Shown piece by piece: positions 7,219 to 16,539 of a stretch of DNA of 20,000 nucleotides. Made by a program: the position numbers and the translations under genes. The DNA lies in IMG/VR virus record IMGVR_UViG_3300035670_008414; one strand, given 5' to 3'. The notes beneath the pieces were generated by a model. It saw nothing but the letters and a program-made list of their open reading frames with translations. It did not search any database and was not told where the DNA came from. Source of the stretch: an uncultured virus (IMG/VR IMGVR_UViG_3300035670_008414) (lineage: Duplodnaviria; Heunggongvirae; Uroviricota; Caudoviricetes). How positions within the stretch are numbered: position 1 is the first letter of the stretch; the number at the start of each line of letters is the position of its first letter.

Positions 7219-9732
7219 ATGGAAATATCAAATTTTGGATGGACTAGTGGTTCTGGAGGAGGAGGAGGAGGAGGAAATGCAGTAATATTATTAGGCGCTG
7301 GTTCGGGAAGTTCTTATAGATGTGGAAATGGAAATACTTCATCTGGAAGTTATTCTACTATTTCTGGAGGTCGTAATAATTCGACAAGTTCATATTATAA
7401 TACCATATCTGGTGGATATGCAAATACAATTTCTGCTTATAGTTTAGCATCAACAATAGCTGGAGGAACAAACAATTCTTCTTTTAGAAATCATGAATTT
7501 ATTGGGGGTGGTTGTTTTAATATAACTGGTAATCCTATAAATAAAGCTGGATTTAATGTCATTGGCGGAGGTTGTTTAAATAATAATTCTGGCACATATT
7601 CTTTTATTGGTAGTGGTTCATGTAATTACAATACTAGTGATTTTGCTGTAATTTCAGGAGGTAAATTTAATTCCATATCATGTAGTTATTCATCAATAAG
7701 TGGAGGTTATTTAAACTCAATAAGTGCGAGTTATTCTACTGTTTCTGGAGGTCGTAGCAATACAGCATCGGGATATGCTTCATTCATAGGAGGTGGAGGT
7801 TCAAACTCAGCTTCTGGAAATTATTCAAATATAAGTGGAGGTAATAATAATACTGCATCGGGAAATTATTCAAATATATCTGGAGGTCGTAGCAATACAG
7901 CATCGGGATATGCTTCATTCATAGGAGGTGGAGGTTCAAACTCAGCTTCTGGAAATTATTCAAATATAAGTGGAGGTAATAATAATACTGCATCGGGAAA
8001 TTATTCAAATATATCTGGAGGTGCTGGTAATACTGCTTCTACATTTTACACAAATGTAAATGGAGGTGTTAATAATAATTCTGCATCAGATTATTCAGTT
8101 ATTGGTGGTGGTAAATTAAACACAATAAATCCATTCTCAACTTGTTCATTAAATCCAATTATCGGTAATGTAATTGCTGGTGGGAATCAAAATACTATAA
8201 ATTCAAATAGTGCTTACTATGGAGCAGCAGGAGGGGTAACAATTAGTGGAGGTTATAATAATACTACTAATTCAGGATATTATGGTTTCAATACAACAAG
8301 TGGAGGTTATCAAAATACCATAAGTGGAAATTACCATGTAATATCTGGAGGTACTTTAAATTCAATTAGCTCTAATTATAATTCATTTTTAGGAGGGGGG
8401 TTTAATAATCAAGTGTCTGGAGACAGGTCATTAGTTATTGGTGGTTCTAATAATGTAGTATCTAATAGTGATTCAATTATCGGAGCAGGTGATTCTAATG
8501 TAATTTCTGGGTATAATTCTTCTATTTTTGGGGGGAGTAATTCTCAGATATTCTCTGATTATTCATTTATTGGAGCAGGAAATAATAACTGTATTTTAGG
8601 AGCTAAACCAAATAATTCAGATTACTCGGTAATATCAGGAGGTCGGCAAAATTATATTTGTCCAAATTCAAACTACTCAACTATTTCGGGAGGTTATTGT
8701 CATTTTACAAAAGGAAGAAGCACAACTATATCAGGGGGTTATAAAAACTTTGTTGATGATTGTAATTTAGGTGGGGTTGGAGTTCAGTTTGCTACTGATA
8801 ACAATGCTGTAATAAGTGGAGGTTTCTGCAATAAAATTTATCATAGAGTTTGTTCAGGAATAACCTCTGGCAAAGCTTTAGGTAGTAGTACAATAGCAGG
8901 TGGTAAATGCAATATAAGTGGAGTTGAAATTACTTCTAATGGACAACAAACAGGATTTTCAACTGTGTCTGGAGGATATTGTAATACTGCTAGTTTTAAT
9001 GCTTCAAGTGTCGGAGGAGGATTTTGCAACTTGGCTCAAGGAAACTACGCAACTATTAGTGGGGGTAATAGTAATAGTGTAACTGCTAACTCATCAAACA
9101 TAGGTGGTGGTTCATGTAACTTAGTTAATTCTATATATTCTAATATTTCAGGAGGAGATTCAAACAATGTTTGTTCAGATAGCTCTGCAATTTTAGGAGG
9201 TAGATTTAATACAACTTGTTCTAATTATTCAGCAATAATAGGAGGAACTCAAGGATTAACATATTCTTATGGACAAATAGCAAATGCTTCTGGTTATTTT
9301 GCAACTATTGGGGATGCTCAATCTTCAAAATCTATTTTAAGAAAATCAGCGACATTAAATTCAGCAATTACTTCTCAATTGTTTACTGATGGTAATGCAG
9401 GTCTTTTAACTCCTAATGGGAATGATAGACTTTGGAATGTAATGGTTAAATGGGCGATTGTAACAACTTCGGTTGGTGCTGGTACAGGAACATTAGGAGA
9501 TGTTATTTATGGAACTGATATATTTTTCTTTAAAAGAGTAGGAGGAACTGGAAGTATAAGTACCCAAACTAGAATAGCAAGTCAATCTGATGCTAGTATG
9601 TCCACAGCAGACATTCAGTATAGTGTTGGAGGTTCAAATGATTTAAAAATTGATATGCTTTCTCCTACTACTGCTAATGGAACTACATTTAGAGCAATAG
9701 CAACAGTTTATTTTGAGGAAGTAGCTTGGTAA
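7219..9732 (+). CDS. Gly/Ser/Asn-rich repeat protein (15-aa ISGGxxN units; putative beta-solenoid fibre/spike) with a distinct C-terminal domain
   Basis: Dozens of units like STISGGYxNTASGxY, a poly-Gly linker near the N-terminus and a non-repetitive C-terminal ~150 aa. Confidence 0.8.
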   Translation: MEISNFGWTSGSGGGGGGGNAVILLGAGSGSSYRCGNGNTSSGSYSTISGGRNNSTSSYYNTISGGYANTISAYSLASTIAGGTNNSSFRNHEFIGGGCFNITGNPINKAGFNVIGGGCLNNNSGTYSFIGSGSCNYNTSDFAVISGGKFNSISCSYSSISGGYLNSISASYSTVSGGRSNTASGYASFIGGGGSNSASGNYSNISGGNNNTASGNYSNISGGRSNTASGYASFIGGGGSNSASGNYSNISGGNNNTASGNYSNISGGAGNTASTFYTNVNGGVNNNSASDYSVIGGGKLNTINPFSTCSLNPIIGNVIAGGNQNTINSNSAYYGAAGGVTISGGYNNTTNSGYYGFNTTSGGYQNTISGNYHVISGGTLNSISSNYNSFLGGGFNNQVSGDRSLVIGGSNNVVSNSDSIIGAGDSNVISGYNSSIFGGSNSQIFSDYSFIGAGNNNCILGAKPNNSDYSVISGGRQNYICPNSNYSTISGGYCHFTKGRSTTISGGYKNFVDDCNLGGVGVQFATDNNAVISGGFCNKIYHRVCSGITSGKALGSSTIAGGKCNISGVEITSNGQQTGFSTVSGGYCNTASFNASSVGGGFCNLAQGNYATISGGNSNSVTANSSNIGGGSCNLVNSIYSNISGGDSNNVCSDSSAILGGRFNTTCSNYSAIIGGTQGLTYSYGQIANASGYFATIGDAQSSKSILRKSATLNSAITSQLFTDGNAGLLTPNGNDRLWNVMVKWAIVTTSVGAGTGTLGDVIYGTDIFFFKRVGGTGSISTQTRIASQSDASMSTADIQYSVGGSNDLKIDMLSPTTANGTTFRAIATVYFEEVAW
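7255..7275 (+). repeat. (GGA)7 trinucleotide repeat encoding poly-Gly
   Basis: ggaggaggaggaggaggagga read directly. Confidence 0.9.
7744..8022 (+). repeat. Perfect 135-bp tandem duplication (2 copies plus 9 bp), equal to three 15-aa repeat units
   Basis: 7744-7878 is identical to 7879-8013 (tctggaggtcgtagcaatacagcatcggga...ggaaattattcaaatata). Confidence 0.95.
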
Positions 9733-9743
9733 AAAATTAATTT

Positions 9744-10079
9744 ATGGCAATAGATTTATTACAAAAAACAACATTAGATATTAACACTCAATTAGCCAGT
9801 TATGGTTTATTGATAACCGATGCTACTAAATTGGTATTAATGAATGTTGGTAGTGGAAACAACTTAACTATACCATTAAATAGTTCAGTACCATTTCCAA
9901 TAGGCACTCAAATAGTGGTTGGTCAATATGGAAGTGGACAAACTACTTTTGTAGCGACTGGTGGAGTAACATTAATAAGTGCTGGTGGAAAAACTAAATT
10001 AAATGCTCAATATTCTATGGCAACATTAATTAAGATTGCCACAGATGAATGGATTTTATCGGGAGATATAACTACTTAA
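9744..10079 (+). CDS. Stand-alone beta domain resembling the C-terminal domain of phage fibre/collagen-like proteins
   Basis: Motifs TIPLNSSVPFPIGTQIVVGQYGSGQTT and QYSMATLIKIATDEWILSGD resemble a domain I recall from environmental phage fibre proteins; not verified by search. Confidence 0.6.
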   Translation: MAIDLLQKTTLDINTQLASYGLLITDATKLVLMNVGSGNNLTIPLNSSVPFPIGTQIVVGQYGSGQTTFVATGGVTLISAGGKTKLNAQYSMATLIKIATDEWILSGDITT

Positions 10080-10089
10080 AAATATAATT

Positions 10090-10308
10090 ATGACAAAGGT
10101 TGGACTTTTAACAATAGCTCAAAAGGATGAATTAGTAGGACAATGGTTTGCTCCAGATTCATATTTTAATCCTATTCAAGACATCAATGATGATTGGGTA
10201 ATATCGACACAAGAAATGGAGCAATGTGTTAATCCTGATTTTATGTGGGTTAAAGATTTACCTTTAATTGATTATGTTCCAAAGCCACAGCCAGAACCTC
10301 CAATATGA
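10090..10308 (+). CDS. Small acidic protein, possible partner or chaperone of the downstream fibre-like proteins
   Basis: 72 aa with FNPIQDINDDWVIS and a Pro-rich end; ATGA overlap with ORF 10305. Confidence 0.7.
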   Translation: MTKVGLLTIAQKDELVGQWFAPDSYFNPIQDINDDWVISTQEMEQCVNPDFMWVKDLPLIDYVPKPQPEPPI

Positions 10309-10501
10309 TTACAGCATTAGCAGGAGTAGTAGCAAGTTCAATATCTCAGGTCGCACCTTATGACCCTGATGCACAAGCTTTTTTTACTGCTGAATCTGCG
10401 GCTGGAGTAACACTAACTCCTACACAAGAAACTGCTATAAATAATTTAGTAGTAAACTTAAAGGCTGCTAATATATGGACTAAGTTTAAAGCTTTATATC
10501 C
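10305..10501 (+). repeat. Dispersed direct repeat (5' end of the paralogues); other copy at 11951-12147
   Basis: Ungapped manual comparison gives about 14 mismatches over ~197 nt. Confidence 0.85.
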
Positions 10502-11936
10502 AGTAGTAGGAGGAACTGCCACAGCTCACAAATTTAATCTTAAAAATCCTGCCGATACTGATGCGGCTTTCAGATTAGCCTTTAGTGGGGGATGGATACA
10601 TTCGGCAACAGGAATGAAACCTAATGGAACTAATACTTTTGCAAACACTTTTTTATCAGCATCAGCAAATTTTACTATTTACAACACTCATCTGAGTGTT
10701 TACTCTCGTACACAATCAACAGGTACAAACGAATTTGATATGGGGTATTTTGCAAATGGGGTTTCAAGTTTTTTATTATCCGCTTATACTGGTTCGGTAG
10801 GTTCTGCATTGTCAGACCAATACTCAAATACACAATCTAGGTTACAATATGTCAATACTAATACTTTAGGACATTACATTGGTAATAGACTAGCAGCAAA
10901 CAATCATAAACTGTATAAAAATGGTTCTCAGGTAGCATCTACAACTTCTTCAAGTAATTTAGGTTTGACAAATCAATTCCTATACTTAGCAGCATATAGA
11001 AGCGGAACATCAGCTTTTGGGAACTCATTAAGAGAACAAGCATTTGCATCAATAGGAGAGGGATTAACTGATACTGAAGCTCAGTTGTTTTATCAAATAG
11101 TTGAAGGTTATCAATATGAACTAGGAAGAAATATTAATCCTACTTTGTCATTCTACTATAATCCTGCTTATAATAATGAGACTAATCTTTTCTTATATTC
11201 TACTCAAATAACAGATACAACAATTCAAACAGCAACAAATACATTAGTTTCCGATTTAAAAACTGCTGGAATTTGGACTAAAATGAGAGCTATATATCCA
11301 ATGGTAGGTGGCACAGCAACTACTCATAAATTTAATCTTGTTAATTCACAGGATTCTAATGCTGCATATAGATTAAATTTCTTAGGAGGATGGATTCATT
11401 CAAGCACAGGTGCTAAACCAGATGGTATTAACTCTTATGCTCAAACATTCTTAGTACCTTCTATATTAGGTTTATATTTAATGTCTATTGGTTATTATTC
11501 TAGAACAAACTCAGTAGGTAATCTTGTTGATATGGGAGTTATTAATGGTGCAGCTTCAAATAATCCTACTTTGGAAATGTATATAAGAGTATCTGGAGAT
11601 ATTATGCAGACTTGGATGAGTAAGCCAAACTCAGGTAGGCTTCAAACATCAGTAACTGATTCAAGAGGTTTCTTTGTTCAAGCATCAAATGGTACAACAA
11701 CACAAACAGCATATAAAAATGGAGTTTCTTTAGGTTCTAATGCAGTAACAGGATTAGCAATAAATACGTATGGTATTTTCTTAGCTGCTGAAAATGGAAC
11801 TGGAACAGCTAACCAATATTCAAATAGAGAATGTGCATTTTCTTTCATAGGAGATGGTTTATCTTCAATCGAAGTCTCAAGTTTATATACTATTGTTCAA
11901 AATTTCAACACAACTCTCGGCAGACAAGTGCCTTAA
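10305..11936 (+). CDS. Putative virion receptor-binding/lectin-like protein with two ~260-aa units (possible ConA/LamG-like core)
   Basis: Each unit has a helical start, W[TS]K..A[LI]YP.VGG.A..HKFNL, F.GGW.HS, YSRT and AF..IG.GL motifs, and a variable beta-rich middle. Confidence 0.7.
   Translation: MITALAGVVASSISQVAPYDPDAQAFFTAESAAGVTLTPTQETAINNLVVNLKAANIWTKFKALYPVVGGTATAHKFNLKNPADTDAAFRLAFSGGWIHSATGMKPNGTNTFANTFLSASANFTIYNTHLSVYSRTQSTGTNEFDMGYFANGVSSFLLSAYTGSVGSALSDQYSNTQSRLQYVNTNTLGHYIGNRLAANNHKLYKNGSQVASTTSSSNLGLTNQFLYLAAYRSGTSAFGNSLREQAFASIGEGLTDTEAQLFYQIVEGYQYELGRNINPTLSFYYNPAYNNETNLFLYSTQITDTTIQTATNTLVSDLKTAGIWTKMRAIYPMVGGTATTHKFNLVNSQDSNAAYRLNFLGGWIHSSTGAKPDGINSYAQTFLVPSILGLYLMSIGYYSRTNSVGNLVDMGVINGAASNNPTLEMYIRVSGDIMQTWMSKPNSGRLQTSVTDSRGFFVQASNGTTTQTAYKNGVSLGSNAVTGLAINTYGIFLAAENGTGTANQYSNRECAFSFIGDGLSSIEVSSLYTIVQNFNTTLGRQVP
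11092..11270 (+). repeat. Dispersed direct repeat (inter-unit linker); other copy at 12732-12910
   Basis: Ungapped manual comparison gives 11 mismatches in 179 nt. Confidence 0.9.
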
Positions 11937-11950
11937 TAATTAATTAAATT

Positions 11951-14371
11951 ATGATTACAGCATTAGTAGGAGTAGTAGCAAGTTCAATATCTCAGGGTTC
12001 GCCTTATGACCCTGATGCACAGGCTTTCTTTACTGCTGAATCTGCGGCTGGAGTAACACTAACTCCTACTCAAGAAACTGCTGTAAATAATCTAGTAGTA
12101 AACTTAAAGGCTGCTGGTATATGGTCTAAGTTTAGAGCTTTATATCCTATTGTTGGAGGAACTGCCACAGCTCATAAGTTTAACTTAATAAATCCTGCTG
12201 ATACTGATGCTGCATTTAGATTTCAATTTTTTGGAGGATGGGTACATTCTGCAACTGGTATGTTAGGAAATACTAGTTTAAATACTTATGCGAATACATT
12301 TTTAAATCCATCTGCTCAAGGATTTGGGCAAAATGAAGGTAGTTATGGTATTTATTCAAGGACTATTAGAACAGGTAGCGATAGTAAACAACATGGTGTT
12401 TTTACTTCTGGAGTAGGATATGCTCTATTAATACCTAGAAACACAGCTCAAAATACTCAAAATTTTCATAATAGCACTACATCAGTTCAAATAACAAATG
12501 TTAATACTGCTGGAATGTTACAAATGTCCAGAACAAGTTCTACTAACACTTTTCAATCAAGAGATAGTTATGTTCAATCAGTTTCTGTAACATCTACTGG
12601 AGTTCCAAATGCTAATTTTTATTTTGGAGCAAGGAATAATGGAACTGGAGCACAAGTTTATGATGATATTGAGTTATCACTTTGTTATATTGCTAAAGAT
12701 GGGTTTACTTTAACAGAGTTACAAGTTATAAATCAAATAGTAGAAGGTTATCAATATGAACTAGGAAGAAATATTAATCCTGCTCAGTCATTCTACTATA
12801 ACCCTGCTTATAATAACGAGACTAATGCTTTCTTATATTCTACTCAAATAACAGATACAACAATTCAAACAGCAACAAATACTTTAGTATCAGATTTAAA
12901 AACTGCTGGAGTATGGACAAAGATGAAGGCTGTTTATCCTATGGTCGGAGGAACAGCAACTACTCATAAGTTTAATTTAGTTAATCCAGCAGATGCAAAT
13001 ACAGCATTTAGACTAAGCTTTATAGGTGGGTGGACACATACTTCTAATGGTATTCAAGGTAATGGTACTAATAATGTAGCTGATACATTCTTAACTCCTT
13101 CTGCTGTTTTATCTTTAAATAACACTCATACATCTATATATAGTAGAACTAATAATGCTGTAAATTATATTTTTGATGTAGGCACTCAAGATACTTCTAA
13201 TAATACTATTTCTTTAGCATTAAGAGATGCTAGTAATGGAGGATTAACAAGAATTAATGAAAGTTTTTCTGCAAATTGGGGGACTAATACAAACTCAGCT
13301 TGTTTCTATTTAGGTAATAGAACTGCTTCTAATGTTAGAAAAACATTTATTAATAATGCTTTAGTAAATACTAATTCTACTGCTTCAACTGCATTACCAG
13401 TTACAAAAATTGGTATAGGTGCAAATTATTATAATAATACACCAGCAAGTTCTAATTTCTTTTCAAATAGACAATATACTTTTGTTAGTATAGGCGATGG
13501 TTTGACAGACACAGAATCATTAAACTTATATACAGCAGTTCAAAATTTCCAAACTACTTTAGGTAGAGCTATATTTTTAACTCCACCAACAGTAAGTGAT
13601 TCAGATGCACAAGCCTTTATAAATGCTGCAAATATTTTAGACCAAGTAGAAGCTCCTGCTATAAATAATTTAGTTATAGGTTTAAAAGCTGATAATTTGT
13701 GGACTAAAATGAAAGCTATCTATCCTATGGTTGGTCAAATAGCTACCTCACAAAAGTATAACTTAAAAGACCCTCAAGATACTAATGCTGCGTTTAGGTT
13801 AAATTTTACTGGAGGATGGACACATAGTTTTAATGGAGTTTTGCCAAATGGTACTAATGCCTATGCTAATACTTTTTTGCCATTTAATACTATGAATAGT
13901 AATTCTCAACATCTTAGCTATTATTCAAGAACTAATTTAACAGCACAAAATTATTTTGAAATGGGATGCGGAGATAATTCAAGTATAGCATCTGCGATTA
14001 TAATGAGTTATGGAAGTGGACTAGGTTCATTAACAAGAATAGGTCAAACATTTTCAACAAATTTTACTCCAACAAAAACAGATTCTATGCATATTGTTAG
14101 TGCAAATTCTACAAATGTTTCTCGTGTATTTGAAAATGGTATTTATAAAGGTCAAAATACTGGAACTAGAACTGATTTAGGCAATAGATTTTATTATTTA
14201 GGAGCAGCAAATCAAAACGCAAGCAATACAAATAATGGTACTGCATTATTTTATACAACAAGACAATGCGCCTTTGCTTCAATTGGAACAGGATTAACAG
14301 ATACAGAAGCAGCTAACCTATATACTAGAGTACAAACATTTAACACAGCCTTACAAAGACAAGTGCCTTAA
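11951..14371 (+). CDS. Paralogue of ORF 10305 with three ~260-aa units; putative receptor-binding/lectin-like protein
   Basis: Near-identical N-terminus (MITALxGVVASSISQ..PYDPDAQAFFTAESAAGV), the same unit motifs and the same RQVP C-terminus. Confidence 0.7.
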   Translation: MITALVGVVASSISQGSPYDPDAQAFFTAESAAGVTLTPTQETAVNNLVVNLKAAGIWSKFRALYPIVGGTATAHKFNLINPADTDAAFRFQFFGGWVHSATGMLGNTSLNTYANTFLNPSAQGFGQNEGSYGIYSRTIRTGSDSKQHGVFTSGVGYALLIPRNTAQNTQNFHNSTTSVQITNVNTAGMLQMSRTSSTNTFQSRDSYVQSVSVTSTGVPNANFYFGARNNGTGAQVYDDIELSLCYIAKDGFTLTELQVINQIVEGYQYELGRNINPAQSFYYNPAYNNETNAFLYSTQITDTTIQTATNTLVSDLKTAGVWTKMKAVYPMVGGTATTHKFNLVNPADANTAFRLSFIGGWTHTSNGIQGNGTNNVADTFLTPSAVLSLNNTHTSIYSRTNNAVNYIFDVGTQDTSNNTISLALRDASNGGLTRINESFSANWGTNTNSACFYLGNRTASNVRKTFINNALVNTNSTASTALPVTKIGIGANYYNNTPASSNFFSNRQYTFVSIGDGLTDTESLNLYTAVQNFQTTLGRAIFLTPPTVSDSDAQAFINAANILDQVEAPAINNLVIGLKADNLWTKMKAIYPMVGQIATSQKYNLKDPQDTNAAFRLNFTGGWTHSFNGVLPNGTNAYANTFLPFNTMNSNSQHLSYYSRTNLTAQNYFEMGCGDNSSIASAIIMSYGSGLGSLTRIGQTFSTNFTPTKTDSMHIVSANSTNVSRVFENGIYKGQNTGTRTDLGNRFYYLGAANQNASNTNNGTALFYTTRQCAFASIGTGLTDTEAANLYTRVQTFNTALQRQVP

Positions 14372-14389
14372 TAATTAAAAATATAAATC

Positions 14390-15337
14390 ATGTTCCCATT
14401 TTCAAGAACATTATCAGCAGGAACTCATCAGATTACAGTATCAGATTCAAATATATTGTGTGATACATCATCTGGAGTTGTAAATTTGATATTGCCTTCA
14501 ATAAGTGATATTTTAAATTTTATATCTATTCAAGGGTATAGTATAGGTTCTATTGGTATATTTTCTTTGAATGTTACCGATATTTCAAATAATGCTTCGG
14601 TAAATAATATTAATATTTTATTAGCATCTGGAAATTATTTCTCAAATAATCTTTCATCAGTTTCTATTGATAGCAACAATGGTAATTTGTCATTAAAGCC
14701 AATATCAGAAACACTATGGAGTGTATTTAATTCATCAAATCCACTAGTTTTAACTACAATAGGTACTAGTGGAGCATCTACATTAAATGGAAATGTATTG
14801 AATATTCCTATTTATACCCCATCTTTGAATTATGGATTATTTGCTCAAACTGCTAATAGTCCTATAATAACTGCCACTACCACAGAATCAACTTTAATAG
14901 ATGGTGGAGTAGGAACTTTATCAGTTCCCCCAAATGGTTTTCAAATAGGGGATAGCTTTCAAGCGGTCATGGGAGGTATAATGTCTGCTCAAAATAACAA
15001 CACTATTACTATAAGAGTAAAGTCTGGAAGTGTAGTTTTAGCTGATTCAGGAGCATTAACGATGCCACAAATTACAAATCAAGTATGGAATCTAACTATT
15101 TCTTTTACAATTAGAAATATAGGTAATGCAGGTGTAGCTTCGATAACAACTATTGGAGAATTTCTTGTACTTAAATTAGCAAGTGGAAATCAAGAGGGTT
15201 TTGGTTTTACAACAATAAATAATACAACTTTTAATACTACTATTGCTAATACATTAAATATTACAGCTCAATGGAGTTCAAATAATATTAATAATTCCAT
15301 TTATAGTAATACATTCATTCTAAACAAAATTTACTAA
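14390..15337 (+). CDS. Two-domain putative virion structural/fibre protein
   Basis: The N-terminal ~115 aa (MFPFSR...LCDTS...TDISNNAS.NNIN...SLKP...W) are shared with ORF 15365. The C-terminal domain is Thr/Asn-rich and beta-like (NYGLFAQT...). Confidence 0.7.
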   Translation: MFPFSRTLSAGTHQITVSDSNILCDTSSGVVNLILPSISDILNFISIQGYSIGSIGIFSLNVTDISNNASVNNINILLASGNYFSNNLSSVSIDSNNGNLSLKPISETLWSVFNSSNPLVLTTIGTSGASTLNGNVLNIPIYTPSLNYGLFAQTANSPIITATTTESTLIDGGVGTLSVPPNGFQIGDSFQAVMGGIMSAQNNNTITIRVKSGSVVLADSGALTMPQITNQVWNLTISFTIRNIGNAGVASITTIGEFLVLKLASGNQEGFGFTTINNTTFNTTIANTLNITAQWSSNNINNSIYSNTFILNKIY

Positions 15338-15364
15338 ATTTATAAACTAATAAAAACAAAAAAT

Positions 15365-16507
15365 ATGTTTCCTTTTTCGAGAGTTTTTGAAGCTGGTTCG
15401 CATCAACTAACAACAACTGATTTGAATGTTTTGTGCGATACCTCAGTAGGTAGTGTTACTATTATACTTCCTAAAATAAGTGAGTTATTAGACCTTGTAT
15501 TAAAGCAAGGATATAGTGTAGGTGCTAATGGAGTATTTACAGTAAATATAACTGATATATCAAATAACGCATCTACAAACAATATAAATGTAGTTGCTTT
15601 TGCAGGAGATTACTACTCAGGTAATATTCCTTCGGTAGTTATTAATGAAAATAGTGGAAATGTTTCATTAAAGCCTGTTTACAATAATTTTTGGCAAGTA
15701 ATTTATGGAAATGGAGTGTCTGGAAGTGGAGCAAATAATGCAGTAATATTATTAGGTTCTGGTACTGGAAGCTCTTATAGATGTGGCAACAATAATATTT
15801 CATCTGGATTATTTTCGACAGTATCTGGAGGTTGTGGAAATAGTGCGAGTGGATATAGCTCAACAATAAGTGGAGGATATGGTAATACTGCAAGTAATTA
15901 TTCATCAACAATAAGCGGAGGTTATGGGAATACAGCAAGTGGTTATTCATCAACAATAGCAGGGGGTAGAGTTAATACTATTTCTAATAATTATGGAACA
16001 ATAAGTGGAGGTTATAATAATAATATAAGTGGTGCTAATTCAACAATAAGTGGAGGTTATACTAACACTATAAGTGGTTATTTATCAACAATAGGTGGGG
16101 GTAGTAAAAATTGCATTACCGAATGTTATTCGACAGTTAGTGGAGGTTATCAAAATTGTGTTCTATCTACTTTCTCAACAATATCGGGTGGACTTTTAAA
16201 TAGAGTAAGTGGAAGTCAAGCATCAATCTCTGGAGGATATTCAAACTGTGCAGGTTCAACATTCTCTTTTGTTGGAGGAGGGTGTGGAAATAAAGCTGTT
16301 TCTACTGGCTCAGCAATTCTAGGAGGAACAAATAATGACACTACTGGATTTGTTTGTGCTATGATTGTGGGTGATAATATAGCTGCCGATAGAGATTGCA
16401 CTACATTTGTAAATAACTTATCAATTAAAAATATTCCTGCAAGTTCTGTGGGATTACCAAGTGGTTCAGTTTGGAAAAATGGAACTGTTTTGGAAATAGT
16501 ACCATAA
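15365..16507 (+). CDS. Chimeric fibre-like protein: MFPFSR N-domain, ISGGxxN repeat region and a short C-terminal cap
   Basis: The N-domain is homologous to ORF 14390. The NAVILLG.G.GSSYRCGN.N cap and 15-aa repeats are homologous to ORF 7219. It ends TTFVNNLSIKNIPASSVGLPSGSVWKNGTVLEIVP. Confidence 0.75.
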   Translation: MFPFSRVFEAGSHQLTTTDLNVLCDTSVGSVTIILPKISELLDLVLKQGYSVGANGVFTVNITDISNNASTNNINVVAFAGDYYSGNIPSVVINENSGNVSLKPVYNNFWQVIYGNGVSGSGANNAVILLGSGTGSSYRCGNNNISSGLFSTVSGGCGNSASGYSSTISGGYGNTASNYSSTISGGYGNTASGYSSTIAGGRVNTISNNYGTISGGYNNNISGANSTISGGYTNTISGYLSTIGGGSKNCITECYSTVSGGYQNCVLSTFSTISGGLLNRVSGSQASISGGYSNCAGSTFSFVGGGCGNKAVSTGSAILGGTNNDTTGFVCAMIVGDNIAADRDCTTFVNNLSIKNIPASSVGLPSGSVWKNGTVLEIVP

Positions 16508-16519
16508 TTATTAAATTTG
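16489..16519 (+). promoter_or_regulatory. Candidate Bacteroidota housekeeping-sigma promoter (-33 TTTG / -7 TAnnTTTG)
   Basis: TTTG at 16489-16492, a 19-nt spacer, then TAAATTTG at 16512-16519, ending 20 nt upstream of the ATG at 16540. Confidence 0.55.
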
Positions 16520-16539
16520 AAAAACCAAAAAACTAAATC

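Noticed and set aside
7744..8022. CRISPR array
   Set aside because: It is an in-frame coding tandem duplication with no unique spacers and no cas genes.
8841..9029. Minus-strand 62-aa ORF
   Set aside because: Pro-rich mirror of the Gly-rich repeat gene.
10305..14371. Diversity-generating retroelement (TR/VR pair)
   Set aside because: Mismatches between the repeat copies are not adenine-specific, both copies are in-frame coding, and no reverse transcriptase is present in the window.
15642..15956. Minus-strand 104-aa His/Leu-rich ORF
   Set aside because: Low-complexity antisense artefact of the ISGG repeats.
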